Part shown: piece by piece, positions 48,520 through 56,827 of the stretch | Position numbering within the stretch: position 1 is the stretch's first letter | How the letters are laid out: the number at the start of each line of letters is the position of its first letter | Virus record (IMG/VR): IMGVR_UViG_3300046703_000335 | Span: 124,001-188,000 of that record | Length of the DNA stretch: 64,000 bases | Direction: 5' to 3' (one strand) | The notes under the pieces: generated by a model | Seen by the model: only the letters and a program-made list of their open reading frames with translations | What the model was told of the DNA's origin: nothing | Databases searched by the model: none | Made by a program: the position numbers and the translations under genes

Positions 48520-48535
48520 TATTAAGAGATTATTA
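48520..48535 (-). promoter_or_regulatory. Putative late promoter motif (consensus)
   Basis: Minus strand TAATAATCTCTTAATA. Confidence 0.65.
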
Positions 48536-48564
48536 ATTTTTAAAAATTATTAGAGAAAGGAAAT

Positions 48565-49017
48565 TTATACTGCGGCTTCTTTAGCAGCTTTCCACTTCCT
48601 GTCATCGATACCGGAGATCTTTGAAATATTTTTTTCTTGAGTAATGAGAGGTTCATATGATTTAGTACTCAAACCAGCTTCTGAGGCTAATTTACTAGCA
48701 TCTGACCAAGATTCTGTCTCTACCCCTGCAACATTGGGTTTTAATTTAGTCCCACCTGAACCATAGCGTTCGATTTGGCGAATTTCAAGTTCAGTATTCT
48801 GCTTCCTTTTATCCCGACTGATCTTATACGTCTGAGCCTCTGTCCATTGCTTGAAAAAAAATCCACCATTTAAATTTAGAGATATCAGGCGTTCCATCTT
48901 TACTTCCTTATGACCCTCTTCACATCGAGGGCATAAGATATCGGGGGTTTCTTTAATGGAATGAATAACTTCTTGTATCAAGCTACAGCTATTACATCTG
49001 TACTCGTAGGTAGGCAT
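48565..49017 (-). CDS. FmdB-family zinc-ribbon protein
   Basis: MPTYEYRCNSC...CPRC...MERLIS. Confidence 0.8.
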   Translation of the reverse strand: MPTYEYRCNSCSLIQEVIHSIKETPDILCPRCEEGHKEVKMERLISLNLNGGFFFKQWTEAQTYKISRDKRKQNTELEIRQIERYGSGGTKLKPNVAGVETESWSDASKLASEAGLSTKSYEPLITQEKNISKISGIDDRKWKAAKEAAV

Positions 49018-49037
49018 ATCTTAACTCCTATGTAATA

Positions 49038-49337
49038 TTATATTAATGATAATTTTAATTTAAATGTTTCATGTTGATTTATAAACCATATACCATTCTC
49101 TTTTACCGAAGGAAGGTATTTCAGATAAGCTGTTCTGAATATACCAATACCCTGATGAACATAGTCAAATTTTACTTCATCAGAAAAAGTTAAGACTATT
49201 TTTTTAATTATGTCAGGATTGGCATAAATCATTCCAACGATATCATCGTGGAATTCTATGTAGTTAAAAGCACAATCAATCGCTTTTGAAAAAAGATTCT
49301 TATCAAATTCGATAAGATATACGGGTAGATCATTCAT
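49038..49337 (-). CDS. Stand-alone paralog of the major capsid A-domain (99 aa)
   Basis: AFNYIEFHDDIVGMIYAN versus MCP AFARIETHDLRVARIFMN (9/18 identical, ungapped). Confidence 0.6.
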   Translation of the reverse strand: MNDLPVYLIEFDKNLFSKAIDCAFNYIEFHDDIVGMIYANPDIIKKIVLTFSDEVKFDYVHQGIGIFRTAYLKYLPSVKENGIWFINQHETFKLKLSLI

Positions 49338-49366
49338 TAATACTCCATTTTATATATATCTGTTTT

Positions 49367-50926
49367 TTATTTTATCGCTGGTCGTACTTTCGTTGGTCTT
49401 TTCATTCTTCCAGGATTTTTAACTTTCTTTGGTATAGTGGTAGGCATCCAATCAGGAGCTTCATTATTAACAACATCCACTTCACCAGTACCTATAGTAC
49501 CATCATCAAGCTCTGGGATAACCTGAGCTTCAGCAGGATTATCCTTATCTATAACCTGATCCATTAACTCAAATCCCTCGTCGACAAGCCTCTTTGATAT
49601 ATACCCACCGCTTTGACGTTTTAAGTATGCTTCTTCTATGAGTATAAAAAATACTCTTTCAGGAAACATACTGAATTCTTTAAGAGATTTTAATTTTTGT
49701 TCATCTGTCCGAGGGAACCAGGTATTCTGAAACCAATCAATAACTGTTGGCATAAAACTTTCTCTTTTAAAATACCCAGGCACTTTAGGACTTGAAGATA
49801 ATAACCTATTCTTTACATCTTTTTCTGTAAAAGGAAATTTCATCATCTTTTCCCATGCCGTTACATCAATTTTCTTGGATGGTGGAGAATATACAGGATA
49901 ATTCTTATAATGTACTTCTATGGGAGTATTCTTTATCTCATCAAAAACTGCAAGTATATGCTTACATACTCTCGCATTTTTACCCCTACCAGGGTTTCTT
50001 TTCCCATTAGGATATCTTTGACTTTTAGAAACAGTATATTGACCAGGTTCTTTCGGAGCAACTAAATCAGGTTTAAACGCAGGCATATACATGTAATTGT
50101 CTTTAACAGCATAATACTGAGCTCCGCTATACAAAAAAGCGGGGCAGGTACAACCAATATGTACAGGATAATCGACATACTTGGTTGCATCTATTTTATC
50201 ATCTCTTAAAAACTGTAGATAGACACTATGCGTCCCATATCTGGATCCCGGGGAGGTTACTCTAAAAGTAAATAACCCACGTTCATATTGTTTAGGGTTA
50301 TTTTTATTTGACCATATAGCCCTACACTTATTAGCACGCTGCAATTTTAAATCATTTTTATAATGATAATCTTTTTCAATTATCTCATCAAGAGATGCTG
50401 CAACTTTACACCTCATAACAAATTCATTGAAGTCATTACCTGATATAGTAAGATTAGCTAAAAGTTCTTCCGGAATAATATCAGAAGATAATTTTCTGGT
50501 AAGACTTATAGCAGGCTGTTGTTGATCCTCATCTGTAGTAAAATCCTGCTCTCTTGATTTTCTCCATTCTTCTAAAACGCCCCCCTCACTATATATTTTT
50601 GGGGTATTAAAGTACCCAAATTGAGTAGGATCTGAAATAGCGTTCTCAAAAGGGGGGGAGTCCTCCTGATCTTTTGGTTTATCAGAAGGACTATCATAAT
50701 CATATGGATCAGTTGTACTAAAAGAAGTATCAAGATGTTCCTTGCCTTTAAGCATATCAGGAACGGGATTATCTGGACCATGTGTAGTTTTAGCTTTATC
50801 CTTAAGATATTCCATCCAGGATTTATCAGTGTCTGTAGATACTTCTCCTGGTAAGTCATAATTCGGAGGACAATCCTCCGGTTTTTCGAAATATCTTGCT
50901 AAAACTCTTCTGACCCTTATATCCAT
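49367..50926 (-). CDS. SWIM zinc-finger domain protein
   Basis: CTCPAF...CKHILAV. Acidic N-terminus with a KVAAS site. Confidence 0.7.
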   Translation of the reverse strand: MDIRVRRVLARYFEKPEDCPPNYDLPGEVSTDTDKSWMEYLKDKAKTTHGPDNPVPDMLKGKEHLDTSFSTTDPYDYDSPSDKPKDQEDSPPFENAISDPTQFGYFNTPKIYSEGGVLEEWRKSREQDFTTDEDQQQPAISLTRKLSSDIIPEELLANLTISGNDFNEFVMRCKVAASLDEIIEKDYHYKNDLKLQRANKCRAIWSNKNNPKQYERGLFTFRVTSPGSRYGTHSVYLQFLRDDKIDATKYVDYPVHIGCTCPAFLYSGAQYYAVKDNYMYMPAFKPDLVAPKEPGQYTVSKSQRYPNGKRNPGRGKNARVCKHILAVFDEIKNTPIEVHYKNYPVYSPPSKKIDVTAWEKMMKFPFTEKDVKNRLLSSSPKVPGYFKRESFMPTVIDWFQNTWFPRTDEQKLKSLKEFSMFPERVFFILIEEAYLKRQSGGYISKRLVDEGFELMDQVIDKDNPAEAQVIPELDDGTIGTGEVDVVNNEAPDWMPTTIPKKVKNPGRMKRPTKVRPAIK

Positions 50927-50927
50927 T

Positions 50928-52202
50928 TTACACTTCCGCTAAAAGATCATTAAGATCAATATCATCGTCCTTGGCATAAATTACTTCTGCCTCTGAAGCA
51001 TCAAAGGGGGTATCTTCACCTGAAGAATACACTGCGGTAGGTTCCTCAAAATCATTATTCGATGAAAAAGTAACCTCACCAGCATCAACTTCACCAGAAG
51101 CACCTACAGTCACTCTCGAAGTGATTCCATCTTCAGTTTGAATACTTGACCTTGTATCTCGGGATACCTTACTTATCACAACAGCTTCCTGACCTTCAGT
51201 AATAACTGTGACCCCTTTAGCTACTGTAGGTTTAGTATCCACTATAATTGGAGCACTATCGATAAGTTCTTCAACAGAATCTGTAACATTCATAACCGGA
51301 GCATTAGAAGTAATTTTAGCAGGAGCCTTCTTAGCAGGAGCCTTCTTAACAGGAGCCTTCTTAGCAGGAGCTTTTTTAACCGGAACCTTATTAGAAGAAA
51401 CCTTATGTTGTTCCATCTGAGCCTGAGTACTTGACCCTACATCTGTTGTTTGTGTCGATGGGTAAGATGTCCCAGCAACTTCTACATCAGTAGCAAATGT
51501 TTCCATTTTTACAGGAGCTTTAACTACATTACTTTTATTATTCGATGTCTTACGAACTTCTACACCAGATGATTCATAATCAATAGTTAATTTTTTTCTA
51601 TCCTCAGTACTGGCTTGTTTACCTGTATAATTTGTTGCTTTGGCAACATTACCTTCATGAGATAACGTTGCACTTTTTGCATTAGTATTGCTGCCAATAG
51701 CTACGCTATCCTTATTTGTAACTGGAGCGCCATCATAAGCAGATACTTTTCTAACTTCATTGGCATCCTCGTTAACAACAGTAACTTCTCTTTTAATATC
51801 ATCCAGATCACTGGTAACTTCTCTTTTACCATTAACCAATTTAATCTCAGGTGTCTTATCATAACCCTTTAAAAGTTTATCGATGCTATCACTGGGAGGA
51901 TTCTGTATTCCAACGAGGGGATCAGAAGTGTAATCACTATGCTCTACAACCCTACCTCCTGTAGCATTACGAGATACAGATGCAAGCTGCTTCTCGACAG
52001 GTTTTAATGATGTCCCCGTAAGAGCTATCCATTCCCCTACTACTTTAGATAATGAACGTGCGGTACCCTGCTCCCCACGAAGTATCACATTAAGACCATC
52101 AAATTGTAAAATCTCCCCTCTTTTTACATAGAGAGAAGTCTTACCATTATCCAGACTTACGGTAAAATCCTGAAGTGCTGAGTATTCCTTTAAATTTGAC
52201 AT
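50928..52202 (-). CDS. Low-complexity protein with KKAP(A/V) repeats
   Basis: KVPVKKAPAKKAPVKKAPAKKAPAK and an acidic C-terminus. Confidence 0.6.
   Translation of the reverse strand: MSNLKEYSALQDFTVSLDNGKTSLYVKRGEILQFDGLNVILRGEQGTARSLSKVVGEWIALTGTSLKPVEKQLASVSRNATGGRVVEHSDYTSDPLVGIQNPPSDSIDKLLKGYDKTPEIKLVNGKREVTSDLDDIKREVTVVNEDANEVRKVSAYDGAPVTNKDSVAIGSNTNAKSATLSHEGNVAKATNYTGKQASTEDRKKLTIDYESSGVEVRKTSNNKSNVVKAPVKMETFATDVEVAGTSYPSTQTTDVGSSTQAQMEQHKVSSNKVPVKKAPAKKAPVKKAPAKKAPAKITSNAPVMNVTDSVEELIDSAPIIVDTKPTVAKGVTVITEGQEAVVISKVSRDTRSSIQTEDGITSRVTVGASGEVDAGEVTFSSNNDFEEPTAVYSSGEDTPFDASEAEVIYAKDDDIDLNDLLAEV
51317..51385. repeat. 15-nt tandem repeat encoding KKAP(A/V)
   Basis: About four to five units of tagcaggagccttct. 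Confidence 0.8.
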
Positions 52203-52244
52203 ATCTGTATCTCCTTTTTATGTTATTATGATTTGATTTATATG

Positions 52245-53525
52245 TTATATATTCAATGGTAACTTTTTTTCATTATCCCTATCTTTACCATTAGAAAATA
52301 CTATATTATTTACTTTAAACGTCTTACCTTTAAAAGTCTCATCCCCTATAAAATTGTCCATGGAATCTTTTTTAACATATGCTATAGTAACATGGGGATT
52401 GTATGTCGGGAATGTGCTTTCATTTTTTATCTTTTTTACGAGATTATAATACAATTTCTCAAGATCTCCAGATTCTACTTCAATCTTAAGAACATCATAT
52501 TCTTTTTTATCCTTAAATGCATTAATCAAACCAAGGCGTACTTCAAAAGGTTTAATTTCTCCAATAATCTTTGCAGTCCTTATAGGAGAATCATCTGTAA
52601 TCCCATAAAGCACTGTTACATGAATATCATCCTCTCGACCTTTTGAATTATCCCCTTCTACATATAATTTATTACCTGGTACATTATCCTTACCCCATTT
52701 TATAATTGACTTAGATAAGGCATCCGGTAAATTGATTTTAGTACACGAATACTCATACTTCACTCCGGTTTTTGCAACTTTTGTACGTACATCAACGTAG
52801 GTACTAGAAGGAACATCATAAGTGAAGATAATTGATTCTGGATTGCGATTAGAAAATGTTTTTTTTACATGTTCAATATCTTTATAATTCTTAAGAAATG
52901 CCAAAGAGTTATCCGGATCAGAGAGACTTTTAATACTAAATGTGTTAAATCCTGTAGTAGCTTCACCATACTTTGGAATTCTTATAGTCTTACCAGAGAA
53001 AATATCATTCACTACTTTTGGGATGGAATCCGTATCCAGGCGTTCAAATTTAAAATCTATAGCCCTTGAGGTACCTTTATCTGGAGATACGAAAGGCATA
53101 GCCATTTTTGAAAGTGTATTCGCGCACTTTCTTATTTTTGAGCTAATACTTTTCAAATTTTTTTCCTTTAGTTTATTTAAAAACTTTTTTACACTGTCGA
53201 TACTGTCAAATTCCTTGACTATGCCACTACGCCTACCTATAAGTTCAAGAAATTTCTTTTCCCTATCTGATTGGTTACCGCCATTATAGAAAATAACATA
53301 ATCTGAATTTATCATCCCAGCTATTTCTTTATAAGTATTCTTTGCTGGATCATAATTATTATCAAAAGGGTCTAATAGGTATAAGTCTCCTCCAAACTCT
53401 TTCTCGATTTCTTTACGCCAACTGTTATTCTGACAGTCTCCACCAAGAAAAATAACAGGGGTACCAGATTTTGGAGCGTTAACAATATCTTTATCAGATA
53501 AATAGGATGTAATTAAACGAATCAT
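52245..53525 (-). CDS. Nucleoside-2-deoxyribosyltransferase-like domain fused to an Acb1/gp57B-like 2H phosphoesterase
   Basis: N-terminal IFLGG...SWR...DPF...E...SDYVIFY. C-terminal YEYSC...GREDDIHVTVLYG...YNPHVTIAY (two HxT motifs). Confidence 0.75.
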   Translation of the reverse strand: MIRLITSYLSDKDIVNAPKSGTPVIFLGGDCQNNSWRKEIEKEFGGDLYLLDPFDNNYDPAKNTYKEIAGMINSDYVIFYNGGNQSDREKKFLELIGRRSGIVKEFDSIDSVKKFLNKLKEKNLKSISSKIRKCANTLSKMAMPFVSPDKGTSRAIDFKFERLDTDSIPKVVNDIFSGKTIRIPKYGEATTGFNTFSIKSLSDPDNSLAFLKNYKDIEHVKKTFSNRNPESIIFTYDVPSSTYVDVRTKVAKTGVKYEYSCTKINLPDALSKSIIKWGKDNVPGNKLYVEGDNSKGREDDIHVTVLYGITDDSPIRTAKIIGEIKPFEVRLGLINAFKDKKEYDVLKIEVESGDLEKLYYNLVKKIKNESTFPTYNPHVTIAYVKKDSMDNFIGDETFKGKTFKVNNIVFSNGKDRDNEKKLPLNI

Positions 53526-53725
53526 ATTCTAAGTAATTCTCGTGATAGTTCTCTAATAATATCTGAAGCGCACTTTTTCTTTTTATCCTTATCTCTCCAC
53601 ATACCTAAACATTGAGCGATACTTTGATCTCTATCCTTGTTTTCAATGCGGACACATTGATGCATACAATCACCCATAAATTTTTGCTTGTCTCCATCAT
53701 ATTTGTTAGGATCAGGCATCATCAT
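53522..53725 (-). CDS. Small Cys-containing phage protein
   Basis: KQKFMGDCM...DQSIAQCLGMWR, followed by KKCASDIIRELSREL. Confidence 0.6.
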   Translation of the reverse strand: MMMPDPNKYDGDKQKFMGDCMHQCVRIENKDRDQSIAQCLGMWRDKDKKKKCASDIIRELSRELLRI

Positions 53726-53973
53726 TCCCCTGTCTTAAGTAAATCACTATCAGTAGTCTTCTTATTTTCCGAAAAAGATTGGGCTGCTTTCGCACCTAAA
53801 ACTCCAGCAATCAAAAGTGCTTCTGATGTCCCTAACGAAATAAAACCTCCACCCTTTATCATAGAAACAATATTATGTGCAGCAAAAACTATCATAATAG
53901 TTATACATACTACAAAAGACATCAAACGCATCATACTAATTTTTCCATCAGGACCAGTGAACAAACTACTCAT
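53722..53973 (-). CDS. Small two-TM membrane protein (holin-like)
   Basis: KISMMRLMSFVVCITIMIVF...LLIAGVLGAKAAQ with a charged C-terminus. Confidence 0.5.
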   Translation of the reverse strand: MSSLFTGPDGKISMMRLMSFVVCITIMIVFAAHNIVSMIKGGGFISLGTSEALLIAGVLGAKAAQSFSENKKTTDSDLLKTGE

Positions 53974-53995
53974 AATGCCCCCAATATCCTAAAGG

Positions 53996-54580
53996 TTACT
54001 CTGAAACTGCTTTTGTATATTCATCCATAGCAATTTTTAATTTTTTCACTAATAAAGTATATCCTCGCTTTTTCAAACAATCCTTAATATATGATAGTCT
54101 CTCAGCTGGATAACGTACTTCATCTATCTTTTTTGAAGAAATATTACGGGATGCTTCTTTACTTTTTGCATATTCTATTAAAGGTCTCATCTGTGCTTTT
54201 ACATCAGGAGTAGCTTTATTATATGGACCAATCAAACGCTCTTCTCTCATAGCCCCTGTTTCAACCATATCCTCAATTTCTTTTTTAGGAACTAATCTCT
54301 TACCATCCCACATCATCAACTCTTCTTTACCAGTAGAAGAATTCAGTTCAATAACAAATTCTCCCTTTTCATACGGTTTGATATTAGGATCAGTAGGCTC
54401 ATGAAAAGTTTTACCAGGTGTTCTATCACTCAATAATCGTGGACTATGCTTGGTTTCCCCAAAAAAAGGATACCCAGTAAGAGTCGCTTCCTTAATAGCT
54501 TTTAGCTCAGAAGCTTCTTTACTAAAACCACGTTCATTAAGAATATCAGAAATCTTATTTAGTCTACTTAAGATACTCAT
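53996..54580 (-). CDS. Probable internal head protein
   Basis: N-terminus RLNKISDILNERGFSKEASEL, shared with 55398..56156. KEA sites. Confidence 0.55.
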   Translation of the reverse strand: MSILSRLNKISDILNERGFSKEASELKAIKEATLTGYPFFGETKHSPRLLSDRTPGKTFHEPTDPNIKPYEKGEFVIELNSSTGKEELMMWDGKRLVPKKEIEDMVETGAMREERLIGPYNKATPDVKAQMRPLIEYAKSKEASRNISSKKIDEVRYPAERLSYIKDCLKKRGYTLLVKKLKIAMDEYTKAVSE

Positions 54581-55296
54581 TATTTACCACCTTTAAGATA
54601 TTTCTTTAAAAGCTTATCAAAATACGCTATTTTATCCTTTGGTAAGTAGCTTTTAGCTCCTCCAAGATAATATGAAAAGCTATCCGCCCAATCCTCCCAA
54701 GGGGATCTTTTTGCATAGAATCTTGTGAATCTAGCATATGGTGAATAATAATAATCTCCTATTACTTCAGGAGTACCTTTTTCATTAATATGTATTCTTT
54801 TAAGTCCTGGTTTTGGATATTTTGACCAACCAGATAATTCCTGCCAATCTTTTTTAAGAGATAGATCCCCATCTTCTCCCTGTGCTTCATCCCACCCATG
54901 ACCAAGCTCATGATAAAGAGTTTGATCAAATTTATTTATTATAGACCCATTATCAGGATCTATAATTAACTTGGGGTCATTAAGCAATTGATCATTCATG
55001 ATAAGAGTATTATTAACATATTTACCATGATTCGGATAGTATTCCTTGGAGGGACCTAAGTCATCAAATGATAAAGATTTTATACCACACATCTTTACAA
55101 TTTCTGGAGATATTCTCTGAAGGCTACTATATAATGCCTGGATACACTCAGGATTAGTTTTTCTATCTACATTAATACCATAAATTTCTTTGATACCAGA
55201 AAACAAATCAGAGTTACGACTATGTTCTTCTAAATCAGCCGCAATTCTCCGTAGACGAAAAATAAGTTCTATTGGTGTACTTTTTATAGTCATCAT
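54580..55296 (-). CDS. Zincin-type metallopeptidase
   Basis: YHELGHGWD (HExxH) and downstream YA..SPWEDWADSF. Confidence 0.75.
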   Translation of the reverse strand: MMTIKSTPIELIFRLRRIAADLEEHSRNSDLFSGIKEIYGINVDRKTNPECIQALYSSLQRISPEIVKMCGIKSLSFDDLGPSKEYYPNHGKYVNNTLIMNDQLLNDPKLIIDPDNGSIINKFDQTLYHELGHGWDEAQGEDGDLSLKKDWQELSGWSKYPKPGLKRIHINEKGTPEVIGDYYYSPYARFTRFYAKRSPWEDWADSFSYYLGGAKSYLPKDKIAYFDKLLKKYLKGGK

Positions 55297-55310
55297 TACA
55301 CTAAAAAAAA

Positions 55311-55326
55311 TATTAATGTATTATTA
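55311..55326 (-). promoter_or_regulatory. Putative late promoter motif
   Basis: Minus strand TAATAATACATTAATA, just after a terminator. Confidence 0.5.
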
Positions 55327-55332
55327 TTTAAT

Positions 55333-55363
55333 AAAAAAGGTATTGGGCTACATACCCAATACC
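55333..55363 (-). terminator. Rho-independent terminator
   Basis: GGTATTGGG/CCCAATACC stem plus T6 on the minus strand. Confidence 0.75.
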
Positions 55364-55397
55364 CTTATTAATATCTTACTATTCCTAAAAAATGAAT

Positions 55398-56156
55398 TTA
55401 ACTATTATGTGGTAAATTAGATCTATCTGTTTTTACCATTGGAGCATTAGGGGTAAAAGGAATTTCACCTGATCGGACTAACTTATCACGAAGACTCACA
55501 CCACCATGCATAATATCCCCTTCTAATTTCTTCTTACCATCAGTATAAGTAATCAATCGAGCGGTATTACCAAATGCATCCTTTAGTTCTTCAACATTTT
55601 TTACAGTTTTATCAGCTTGTCCAGGTTTTCGAGAATTTTGTGCATCATCTACATTTACGCTATCCTGAAAACGAGACTTATGATGCTCAGCTTCTTGTTT
55701 ATGATAATTCTCCATAACTATCGCAAAACTTTTAGGATCCCCTTTTTCAAGTTGTCTCAAATCCTTAGCAGTATAAGTAACTGTGCCTCCCTGAGGAGCC
55801 TTAACTGTAATGGGGCTACCTTTTGCTTCTACCTGAGAAAGAAATGAAGAAGCAAGTACCATAGCTAACATAGCCAAGGATCTTATCTTAGGACTAACAC
55901 CCATAGCTTCCTTATCCCCTATACCCTCTGTAGAAGGCGTATTCAAGTATTTCGCAACAATCTCAGCAGCATTCTGGGGATTAAGCGTAATACCTACCTC
56001 ACGTGCCAATTGAACTGCTTCAGGGGGGAAAGTAGTCATGGCTTCCAAAGATTCAGAAATCTTATCAATTTCATAAGCTTCTTTTAAATACCCATGAGAC
56101 TCTACTGAATCAGCAATTTTATCAAGAGCTTTAGCTATCTTCAAAAATTCACACAT
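55398..56156 (-). CDS. Probable internal head protein with an internal signal-peptide-like segment
   Basis: LDKIADSVESHGYLKEAYEI N-terminus. KEA-MGVSPKIRSLAMLAMVLASSFLSQVEA at residues 82-111. Confidence 0.6.
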   Translation of the reverse strand: MCEFLKIAKALDKIADSVESHGYLKEAYEIDKISESLEAMTTFPPEAVQLAREVGITLNPQNAAEIVAKYLNTPSTEGIGDKEAMGVSPKIRSLAMLAMVLASSFLSQVEAKGSPITVKAPQGGTVTYTAKDLRQLEKGDPKSFAIVMENYHKQEAEHHKSRFQDSVNVDDAQNSRKPGQADKTVKNVEELKDAFGNTARLITYTDGKKKLEGDIMHGGVSLRDKLVRSGEIPFTPNAPMVKTDRSNLPHNS

Positions 56157-56215
56157 ACTATCTCCACCTTCTATAGTGATTCAATAAACATACACGTCAT
56201 ATCCCTTATACGCGA

Positions 56216-56231
56216 TATTAATAGACTATTA
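56216..56231 (-). promoter_or_regulatory. Putative late promoter motif
   Basis: Minus strand TAATAGTCTATTAATA. Confidence 0.55.
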
Positions 56232-56248
56232 ATTTTTTAATAACCTTG

Positions 56249-56277
56249 TTGTTATGCTCATTCTAAACCAGTATATT
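56249..56277 (+). promoter_or_regulatory. Sigma70-type promoter
   Basis: TTGTTA-17 nt-TATATT upstream of an AAGGAG RBS and ATG 56307. Confidence 0.5.
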
Positions 56278-56306
56278 ATTAATAGACACACTAACAAGGA
56301 GACTTT

Positions 56307-56813
56307 ATGTTGAATAAGAAACTAATAATCATGTTGACCGTAATTTTAATGTCAGTAATTAATATCTCTGCAAAAAATATCCTCAGCATCTATGATAGTC
56401 ATAAAAAGCTATATACCAGCAAGTCACTGAACCCTGCTTATATTGGACCTCTATTTGCCACTGGGGGAGCCATGACAGACATTAACCGGTATATCAACAA
56501 TATGGCACCAGAGAAGATTGGGCATTTCACCAGTAATACTTTAGTTCTTATTGAAACAGACACCCTCCTAAATCAGGTGTATACATTTAATAAAGTGACA
56601 GCCTATAATGTGACAAAAGATACCAATAGCTTTAATATAATGCACATAGTTGGTACTCTGGGGGGAGAAAAGTATGATATAATTGTAGAAATAAAAGAGG
56701 GACCAGAGTATGATCGGATCATCACGATCTATAAGAATCTTAAACCTATAACAATAATTTTGTGGTTAGATAATTCAAAAATTACTCAGAAGAAAGCTCC
56801 TACTACTATCTAA
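56307..56813 (+). CDS. Exported protein (moron-like)
   Basis: Signal peptide MLNKKLIIMLTVILMSVINISA. Opposite strand, with its own promoter and terminator. Confidence 0.7.
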   Translation: MLNKKLIIMLTVILMSVINISAKNILSIYDSHKKLYTSKSLNPAYIGPLFATGGAMTDINRYINNMAPEKIGHFTSNTLVLIETDTLLNQVYTFNKVTAYNVTKDTNSFNIMHIVGTLGGEKYDIIVEIKEGPEYDRIITIYKNLKPITIILWLDNSKITQKKAPTTI

Positions 56814-56827
56814 CATCATATAGCAGT

